From positions 1 to 42,138 of the forward strand of contig JBDRBI010000034.1 in the NCBI GenBank assembly GCA_043822885.1: a DNA stretch of 42,138 bases, read 5' to 3'. A model generated the notes under the pieces. It saw only the letters and a program-made list of their open reading frames with translations. It had not been told where the DNA came from and searched no databases. Positions 29,600-36,597 of this stretch are shown piece by piece (position 1 is the stretch's first letter; every line of letters begins with the position of its first letter). Both the position numbers and the translations under genes were made by a program. Source of the stretch: Candidatus Omnitrophota bacterium. GTDB taxonomy: Bacteria > Omnitrophota > Gorgyraeia > Tantalellales > Tantalellaceae.

Positions 29600-30128
29600 A
29601 AGATAGAAGCGAGAAAAAAAGGGTAGGAAAAGTCACCCCCTCGACTTCGCTCGGGACAGGCAGGTCACCTAGTCACCAAGTCACCAGTAGATTGACTGAT
29701 GCGAGGAATAAGAGTCAGAGAGTCAATCCCTCGGCTTCGCTCCCCTCGACTTCGCTCGGGACAGGCGGGACAAGAGAGTCATAGAGTCAGGTTGGACCGA
29801 TGCGGGAGTCGAGTCAAAGGGTCAGTGGCAAAATATTGACTCTAGAGAGCGAAGCGAACGATGACTCTAATGAGCAAAGCGAATGATGACTGCCTGCCCC
29901 AGCCATATGTCCCAAAAGAAGGCAGCCGGGGGGTGACTCTTAAAGGGCGGTTCGCGAACCGCCCCTACATTTTCTATTTTCTACCCTCTATCTTCTACCT
30001 TCTTTTACTGGTGACTAGGTGACCTGGTGACTGGTGACTCATTTCTATCCTCTAGCATTCACTTCAATTTCCTAGGCCCTATCAACTGGTGACTGGTGAC
30101 TGGTGACTATCTTCTCGCATCTATCTTC
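29600..30128. repeat. Largest composite nested repeat region
   Basis: GTCACC array on the left and TGGTGAC arrays on the right; CCCTCGACTTCGCTCGGGACAGG modules; AGAGTCA 8-mers; segments shared in inverted orientation with 8147-8195 and 9638-9732. Confidence 0.9.
29945..29968 (-). repeat. GTAG-type REP
   Basis: Minus strand GTAG-GGGCGGTTCGCGAACCGCCC. Confidence 0.75.
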
Positions 30129-30164
30129 TGTTCCCCTAACAAAAGCGTACCTATATCTGTAAAT

Positions 30165-30192
30165 TTGACTTAGATAAATATTTCATTATACT
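30165..30192 (+). promoter_or_regulatory. Possible sigma70 promoter for the signalling operon
   Basis: TTGACT-16 bp-TATACT. Confidence 0.45.
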
Positions 30193-30286
30193 CTTCCTAA
30201 CGGGCGTATTTCACAAAGATACATAGATAAATATCAAAAGACAGCATTTTGTAACAAGAAACAACAAAGAATGCGGAGGTTTTTGA

Positions 30287-30376
30287 ATGGTTTTATATCT
30301 ATTGGAAATGTTTAGGAACGTTATTGAACATATGAGTCCATTTTATTCCATGCTGAGAGAAGAGAAAAGAGATTAA
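30287..30376 (+). CDS. Possible 29-aa small protein
   Basis: GGAGGT RBS 6 nt before ATG; MVLYLLEMFRNVIEHMSPFYSMLREEKRD. Confidence 0.35.
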   Translation: MVLYLLEMFRNVIEHMSPFYSMLREEKRD

Positions 30377-30406
30377 GTATACCGATCTATAACAACGGGA
30401 GTTGAA

Positions 30407-30592
30407 ATGGCTAGCGGGGTAATGACAGTAGAAGAAGTAGCTGATTATTTAAAGATGAAAGTGGTAACGATATACAAGCACGCCCAAGAAGGGAAAATAC
30501 CGGCTTTCAAAGTAGGTTCAAAATGGCGTTTCAAGAAAGATACGATCGAGAGGTGGATCGAAAAACAGGAAAATGGGCATATGTGCGGATAA
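30407..30592 (+). CDS. Excisionase-like HTH_17 DNA-binding protein
   Basis: MTVEEVADYLK...TIYK.AQEGKIPAFKVG.KWRF...I.RWI. Confidence 0.88.
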   Translation: MASGVMTVEEVADYLKMKVVTIYKHAQEGKIPAFKVGSKWRFKKDTIERWIEKQENGHMCG

Positions 30593-30607
30593 AACGGAGT
30601 GGTGTTT

Positions 30608-31339
30608 ATGTTTAAAGATGAAGTAAAAGATTTTCAGAAAGATAAGATAGATATAATAAGCGCGCTTGCGATAGGAGTGAATCACGATATATGTAATCCT
30701 CTTGGTATCGCTAGAGGGCAATGCGAGATGTTTTTGCTTAATCTCGAGGATGGTGTGTATGAAAGTAAGACCGAGAAAGAGTTGCTTGAAAAAGCTGCGG
30801 ACATAATGAATAAAGTTATACGCGAGACAGATAGAGTAACCGTGATAACCAGAAGACTTGCGTCTTTTGCCAGATGTCTTAAAAGTGAAAAGACTGAAGA
30901 TATCGAAATAAAAAAAGAAATGGAAGAGATCATCTCCCGTGTCAGAGAGGAAGAAGATTTTAAAGAGAGAGAGATCAGGCTTGAGATCAAAGATGATACA
31001 TTGCATGTGTCGGCGGACGGGTGTCAGATACGCGAAGTGCTTTGCAATGTTATACAAAATGCCGCGGAAGCCGCGGGGGATAAAGGCAAGGTAGAAATAC
31101 AGGCAAAAAAAACAGATGATGGAGTGTCTGTCGAGGTAAAAGATAATGGTCCCGGTATAAATGAAAAAGACGCGGAAAAAATATTTGATCCTTTCTTTAC
31201 TACGAAAAAGGCGGCAAACGGAGCGGGATTGGGGCTTTTCATAGCGAAGCAGATCATGGAAAAGAACAAAGATACAATGCAGGTTAAAAGTAATATAGGA
31301 GAAGGTACGGTCTTTACGTTAAGATTTTCCGACAAGTGA
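30608..31339 (+). CDS. Sensor-less histidine kinase (HisKA + HATPase)
   Basis: H box NHDICNPL, N box NVIQNAAEA, DNGPG, FDPFFTTK, GAGLGL. Confidence 0.9.
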   Translation: MFKDEVKDFQKDKIDIISALAIGVNHDICNPLGIARGQCEMFLLNLEDGVYESKTEKELLEKAADIMNKVIRETDRVTVITRRLASFARCLKSEKTEDIEIKKEMEEIISRVREEEDFKEREIRLEIKDDTLHVSADGCQIREVLCNVIQNAAEAAGDKGKVEIQAKKTDDGVSVEVKDNGPGINEKDAEKIFDPFFTTKKAANGAGLGLFIAKQIMEKNKDTMQVKSNIGEGTVFTLRFSDK

Positions 31340-31401
31340 GTTCGGGTTGAAGCAATTAAACAGGCAAAAAATAAAGTCACTGTAAGGAAAGGCAGGGAGA
31401 G

Positions 31402-31770
31402 ATGCTGAAACTTTTGGTCGTCGACGATGAAAGAGACATCTGTGATTTTGTAAAAAATTTTTTCAAAGAACGCGATTTTGATGTGTTAATGGCTTATAAT
31501 GGAAAAGAGGCGCTTGAAATAATCGAAAGAGAGAAGCCCGATATTATACTCTTAGACATGAAAATGCCCACAATGAACGGGTTCGAGACCCTTAAGAAGC
31601 TCAAAGGAAAAGGGATCAAGGTCATAATGGTCACAGCTATAGAGGACGAAGAAAAAGCCAAGGAAGCGAAGCTGGCGGGTGCGATAGAATATATAACCAA
31701 GCCCTTGATGCTGGAGCAGCTCGAAAGAACGGTGTTTATCGTTGCCGAGCAGATCAAAATGGAAGGATAA
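31402..31770 (+). CDS. Single-domain response regulator
   Basis: VVDDE, LLDMKMP, MVTA, ITKP. Confidence 0.93.
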   Translation: MLKLLVVDDERDICDFVKNFFKERDFDVLMAYNGKEALEIIEREKPDIILLDMKMPTMNGFETLKKLKGKGIKVIMVTAIEDEEKAKEAKLAGAIEYITKPLMLEQLERTVFIVAEQIKMEG

Positions 31771-31776
31771 AAGTAT

Positions 31777-33099
31777 ATGTCGTACGAAGAAAACTGGCAC
31801 AAACTGCAGGACTGGACAGTTGAAAAGATCAAGAACTGTGACGGGTCCCTGCTTCCACTGGACAGAGAAAGTCTTCTCAAGCGCCAAGAACCTGAACTGG
31901 ATTATCAGTTTTTTTTGGAAAGCGCCTCAAGGACGATGATACGGTTCAAAAAGCCGGAGCACTTGATCCGCATGATAGTGCGCCTTATAGACGAACAGGT
32001 AAAGGTCACACATACGGCCATGCTCATGTATGATAAAGTCCGGAATTGCTATACGCTTACTGACAGTAAAGGCGCCGAAGGAGTAAAAATACCCATAGGT
32101 TTTATAAAGCTCACGTTTGAGAATCCTCTTATCAAGCTTTTTAATGAACGGCACAATTTTAAAGTGTCGGATTCCGGTTCTGTGGGATACAAAGAACTTT
32201 TGGATATATTGAATAGAAATGAAGACGTAAAAAAGGATCCGGTCCTTAGAGAGACGATAAGTCTCACGGTAAAACAGATGGAACTTTTGAAAGCAAATAC
32301 GTGCATACCGATATATTACAAAAAGGACCTGATGGGGATATTTATTCTTGGTAAGAAACTTTCAAATATAAAATTTTCAAAACAAGAAATAAGTTTTTTT
32401 AAAACGCTTGCCAATGACGTGGCGATGGCGCTATCCAACGCTCAGCTTATACAGGATCTTCAGGATAAAATATTTGAAGTACATCGCCTGTATGAGAGGG
32501 AACACAGTATATTTATCCATACGTCCATATCTTTGGCGGCCGCTATAGACGCAAGAGACCCTTACACGCACGGGCATACTGAACGGGTCACTCAATACGC
32601 GCTTTGCATTGCGGAAGAACTGGAAGATATGCCGGAGGCAAAAGCGTATAAGAATTTCAGAGAAACACTGCATGTAGCCGCTTTATTGCATGATGTCGGA
32701 AAGATCGGCGTTCCGGACAGTATCCTCAATAAAAAAGGATCTCTTACGGCGAAAGAATATGAAAAGGTGAAAGAGCATTCCACGACGGGAGCCGCTATTC
32801 TATACCCGATACGGGAACTAGGCGATATTGCCAGTGAAGTACGGGCTCATCACGAGAGATATGACGGAAACGGGTATCCCGATCAAATGAGAGGAGAAGA
32901 CATACCTTTCATCGCGCGAATTATAGCCGTTGCCGATACATTTGACGCTATTACCAGCGACAGGCCGTATCGTCAAAGAAAGATGGACGAGGTAGCCGTG
33001 CAGATAATAAAAGACAATTCGGGGACGCAGTTCGATCCTATAGTGGTAAGCGCGTTTCTCCTGAAACACAGAAAGGGCAGCCTTCGAACTAACAGCTGA
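31777..33099 (+). CDS. GAF-like + HD-GYP cyclic-dinucleotide phosphodiesterase
   Basis: DPYTHGHTERV, LHDVGKIG, HHERYDGNGYP, VADTFDAITSDRPYR. Confidence 0.92.
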   Translation: MSYEENWHKLQDWTVEKIKNCDGSLLPLDRESLLKRQEPELDYQFFLESASRTMIRFKKPEHLIRMIVRLIDEQVKVTHTAMLMYDKVRNCYTLTDSKGAEGVKIPIGFIKLTFENPLIKLFNERHNFKVSDSGSVGYKELLDILNRNEDVKKDPVLRETISLTVKQMELLKANTCIPIYYKKDLMGIFILGKKLSNIKFSKQEISFFKTLANDVAMALSNAQLIQDLQDKIFEVHRLYEREHSIFIHTSISLAAAIDARDPYTHGHTERVTQYALCIAEELEDMPEAKAYKNFRETLHVAALLHDVGKIGVPDSILNKKGSLTAKEYEKVKEHSTTGAAILYPIRELGDIASEVRAHHERYDGNGYPDQMRGEDIPFIARIIAVADTFDAITSDRPYRQRKMDEVAVQIIKDNSGTQFDPIVVSAFLLKHRKGSLRTNS

Positions 33100-33109
33100 A
33101 GAATATCTT

Positions 33110-33661
33110 TTATATGAACGACGGAGACATTACACAGATAGCTTCGGCTTGTCCTTTACTTTTATTTTTGAAAGAGTGAGGCAGGGAAGCGTCGAAATAA
33201 AGACTGTCACCTTTTTTGAGAAAGTATTTGGTCTTGCCGATAGAAGCTTCAAAAGATCCCTGCATTACATAAATAAATTTCTCCACACCCGTAGGGTTAT
33301 GTTCTTCCTGGGTTTCTCCTCCCGGAGAGATCTTCATTATCAGAGGAAGGATCTTTTTATCAAGAGTTTTTGTCACCAGAAGCTCATAAACGGTCTTGTT
33401 CCCGTGAATAAAATGTTCCGCTCGGTTCTTTTTTAAGACAGGTTCAACGGTCTTACTTTCGTCCTCTAATTCTCTGTATAATTCCGTTATAGAGACCCCG
33501 AGCACTTTACAGATATTAATGTGAGACTCGATAGTTCCGGGCATCTTATTGTTTTCCATGCGGCTCAATGTGGCCAAAGCAACACCACTTCTTTCGGAGA
33601 GTTCTTCAAGCGTGATATCTTTTTCTTTCCTGAGTTCACGTAACCTTTTACCTATCCTCAT
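33110..33661 (-). CDS. XRE-family HTH + cupin regulator
   Basis: IGKRLRELRKEK.ITLEELSERSGV, cupin EKFIYV..G...LKKGDSLYFDASLPH. Confidence 0.9.
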   Translation of the reverse strand: MRIGKRLRELRKEKDITLEELSERSGVALATLSRMENNKMPGTIESHINICKVLGVSITELYRELEDESKTVEPVLKKNRAEHFIHGNKTVYELLVTKTLDKKILPLIMKISPGGETQEEHNPTGVEKFIYVMQGSFEASIGKTKYFLKKGDSLYFDASLPHSFKNKSKGQAEAICVMSPSFI

Positions 33662-33742
33662 ATTGTCTCCTTATAGCGGAAATTTGTATTTGATTAACAA
33701 TGAACATTCTATTATACTTTTAACGAAAAATCAAATTAAAAT

Positions 33743-33939
33743 AAAGATGAGAGGCAAGGCCTTCCTTCACAAGTGTCATTTTTTAACGCTTATTTTCTAA
33801 CTTTTTAGGGGTGTTAAATGAACTCGCCCTGTACCAGGAGCGGTACAGGGCTCATACAGCATTTAACACTTATCCCTGAAAAGTTATAAAATAAGCTAAA
33901 ATGCCACAATTGTTCTTTCAGGCCTTGCCTCTCATCTTT
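33743..33939 (-). repeat. Long hairpin element, family C (copy 2, inverted)
   Basis: Perfect 20-bp terminal IR AAAGATGAGAGGCAAGGCCT/AGGCCTTGCCTCTCATCTTT; body is close to the reverse complement of 36328-36515. Confidence 0.9.
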
Positions 33940-33961
33940 TGCACGAAAAAAGATAAGTTTC

Positions 33962-34191
33962 CAAGGGCAGACGGTACCTGTTGGAGTGAATTGCGATTTT
34001 AGGCAAAGCAGCTTGGATATTGAGGGGACCCAAAAGGCCGGAGTAAGGCCTTTTGGACGCGAGTTCCGCGACCGAGGACGAAAGGTCCGAGGAAGTGTCG
34101 ATTTCTCCTGAAATCGACCAAGCGCCTCAATATCCGAGACCTTTGCCGTCAAAAAATCGCTCTGAACGGAAACGGGTGCCGTCTGTCCTTG
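33962..34191 (+). repeat. Long branched hairpin element, family D (copy 1)
   Basis: CAAGGGCAGACGGTACCTGTT/AACGGGTGCCGTCTGTCCTTG termini; GGATATTGAGG/CCTCAATATCC stem; apical hairpins. Confidence 0.88.
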
Positions 34192-34272
34192 CGGGTGGCT
34201 TTTGACTTTCAGACTTTTAGCTCCTTTGACGGATGATTGCTATCATCAGGCAGAACATTCAGGCAAAAAAGG

Positions 34273-34301
34273 TTGCACAACTACCTTTTCGTTGGTATAA
34301 T
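34273..34301 (+). promoter_or_regulatory. Sigma70 promoter for the orphan gene
   Basis: TTGCAC-17 bp-TATAAT with an extended TG. Confidence 0.65.
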
Positions 34302-34366
34302 AACGCGTAATATTGGAGCACTAAAATTATGATTATTTACATTGTGTGTATAACTGTGGAGCCGCT

Positions 34367-35923
34367 ATGATCGGTAAAGCTTTTATAACTATCAGTAAGA
34401 TTGTAGCCATCCTAATAGTAGCCTTACTACTATCCAATACCATTTCTCTAGCCGATATTTCAGAAATATATAATTACCAGAATACATTGTTACCCGCTTC
34501 AGGAATAAGTTCTATTTTAGATGATGGGATAGAAGATAGTTTTCGGGATATTGTTTATTTCAGGACTCTGGTAGAAACAATGGACAAGATATTATCCTGG
34601 CCGAATTTCCAAAGCTCTGAAATAAATGCCATAAAGCAAGTTGTGGTGAATCAAGTACCCGGGATAGATCTTGATGTTTTTCGGGTAGATATAATGAATA
34701 AAAGCGATAGGGGTGTTTTATTCTTACCGTATAATAAAAAAGATGCAGAAAAAGCTTATGTCTTAAGATTTTATCATAGGGGTGTTGATCCTGATGATAC
34801 TTCTAATTGGAGTACAAGAGGGATCAAGCACACGGTCATCGGTAGGATAAAAACCGGTAACGATAAAATAATATGTGAAGTGACCGACCCCAAGAGCAAA
34901 GACCGAATTGCTGCAAAAAGCATGAATGTAAAGGATCTGCTTGAGGTATCATCTCCCGTTAATTCCGAGGAGCTAATACCGACAATGGAGAGGTATCTTA
35001 AAGAAATAACAGGATACCTGGTTGAGTTAAAAAAGCTTGTTGAACTAGTGAAGAAAGATCCCATGAAATACGGAAATGAAATGTTAACAAATGCTCGATC
35101 AGTGGAGAAAATATGCTATGGTTGTGCGATCCCCGAGATCAGGTCCATTGTAGTGGATAATGTAGTTAATAAATCAGTAGGGATTTTCGGCTTATTAAAA
35201 AGAGATCTAAAAAAAACCGGAACTATATCCGAAGGCACATTAGCATTTTTCCCGGAAATAGAAGAGGCAATAGAAAAATGTAAGAAAGAGATAAAAGAGA
35301 TAATTTTTCAAAAAAGAGACGCGTTAAATGCCGGAGGATTTATTGAAATCATAGAAGAAAAAGCCCTGAACGCTTTCCTTGGGGGGCAAAAGATAGTTAT
35401 AGCGGTAGATGAAAGCTGGATCCCTCTCGTCCAGAAAGAGTGCATGCAGGAACTCTTGCCCGAACTGCAGCGCATATCGTCCAAAAGGGGATTTGAGAAT
35501 ATAATTTTTGTAAGGGAAAACGGAACGGAACTAGCCGGAGTATTGAATGAGGTTATAGAGAAAGAAAATGTAAATTTGTCAGATGTTATTATTCTCGGAG
35601 GTGTTGATATTTTAAGATCAAAAAAGTTTGAGGATTTTAAAATAGATGAGGATAAAGAAGAAGGCGCGTTCTTTGTAGAGATCGTAATGCAGGAACATTC
35701 TAAAGGGTACGGTTATATAAAACTCCTTGATCTGATAAGGTTCTCCATAAGGGTCGCATTTGATGAGGATCTATCTACGAAAAATCCTTATATAGACATT
35801 ATTCATGCCAATGCCGAACAAAGATTTATTTTGCTCGCTCCTATACCCGATATAAGCGTGGAAATTGATGAACTTGGAAAAATATACGATGCCCAAGCAA
35901 GAGCCATAGCCCGCATGGCGTAG
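34367..35923 (+). CDS. Hypothetical exported protein
   Basis: Signal-peptide-like MIGKAFITISKIVAILIVALLLSNTISLA; GGAG RBS; no recognised catalytic motif. Confidence 0.75.
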   Translation: MIGKAFITISKIVAILIVALLLSNTISLADISEIYNYQNTLLPASGISSILDDGIEDSFRDIVYFRTLVETMDKILSWPNFQSSEINAIKQVVVNQVPGIDLDVFRVDIMNKSDRGVLFLPYNKKDAEKAYVLRFYHRGVDPDDTSNWSTRGIKHTVIGRIKTGNDKIICEVTDPKSKDRIAAKSMNVKDLLEVSSPVNSEELIPTMERYLKEITGYLVELKKLVELVKKDPMKYGNEMLTNARSVEKICYGCAIPEIRSIVVDNVVNKSVGIFGLLKRDLKKTGTISEGTLAFFPEIEEAIEKCKKEIKEIIFQKRDALNAGGFIEIIEEKALNAFLGGQKIVIAVDESWIPLVQKECMQELLPELQRISSKRGFENIIFVRENGTELAGVLNEVIEKENVNLSDVIILGGVDILRSKKFEDFKIDEDKEEGAFFVEIVMQEHSKGYGYIKLLDLIRFSIRVAFDEDLSTKNPYIDIIHANAEQRFILLAPIPDISVEIDELGKIYDAQARAIARMA

Positions 35924-35985
35924 GTCAGGATATCCTTTAATCAGTTGATCCAAAAAAAAGACACCGAAACTTTCCTGATTATTTC

Positions 35986-36021
35986 AAACTCAATAAATCC
36001 CATAAACCCGACAAACTCCAT
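35986..36021. repeat. Degenerate 9-mer array
   Basis: aaactcaat aaatcccat aaacccgac aaactccat. Confidence 0.55.
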
Positions 36022-36048
36022 GATACAGATGAGAGGCAAGGCACAGGG

Positions 36049-36259
36049 TCAGCGTGGGCGGCACCTATTTCCGTTCAGAGCGATTTCTTGACGGCAAAGG
36101 TCTCGGATATTGAGGCGCTTGCGGAACTCGTCCGCCCTGAGGCGGACTCAAACAGTCCTCGCGCCCAAAAGACCTTATTCAGGCCTTTTGGGTTCCCTCA
36201 ATATCCAAGCTGCTTTGCCTAAAATCGCAATTCACTCCAACAGGTACCGTCCACGCTGA
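36049..36259 (-). repeat. Long branched hairpin element, family D (copy 2, inverted)
   Basis: Reverse complement of 33962-34191 in the arms; different outer stem (TCAGCGTGG/CCACGCTGA) and different apical module. Confidence 0.88.
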
Positions 36260-36327
36260 GCGCGTCTATTCCTGCTTGGTTTTATTTAGAAAGGATCACG
36301 ACTGTGCTTTTCGTTGCTATGCAAAGA

Positions 36328-36515
36328 GCGAAAGGCAAGGCCTGAATGAACAATTGCGGCATTTTAGCTTATTTTATAACTTTTTAGGGATAAGTGTTAA
36401 ATGCTGTCTGAGCCCTGTGCCTCTCCTGGTATAGGGCGAGTTCATTTAACACCCCTAAAAAGTTAGAAAATAAGCGTTAAAAAATGTCGCTGTGAAGGAA
36501 GGCATTGTCTTTTGC
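36328..36515 (+). repeat. Long hairpin element, family C (copy 3)
   Basis: GCCTGAATGAAC...CTGTCTGAG-stem-CGAGTT...TGTGAAGGAAGGC, as in the other copies. Confidence 0.9.
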
Positions 36516-36561
36516 CCTTAGACTTTAACTTTTGCTCCTTTGACGGCTGATTGCTATCATC

Positions 36562-36590
36562 TTGTCCTAACAAGAGTGATATGTTACAAT
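36562..36590 (+). promoter_or_regulatory. uvrA promoter
   Basis: TTGTCC-17 bp-TACAAT with an extended TG. Confidence 0.55.
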
Positions 36591-36597
36591 TACACTC

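Noticed and set aside
29867-29884. Hammerhead ribozyme core (CTAATGA-GCAAAGC-GAAT)
   Set aside because: Departs from CUGANGA/GAAA at essential positions; it is a degenerate tandem copy of the preceding 25-bp GAGCGAAGCGA unit
30407-30592. Prophage or ICE excisionase
   Set aside because: No integrase, att site or phage genes nearby; HTH_17 proteins are common in signalling operons
33814-34152. 112-aa minus-strand ORF
   Set aside because: Lies entirely within hairpin repeats C and D, with no RBS or protein-like features
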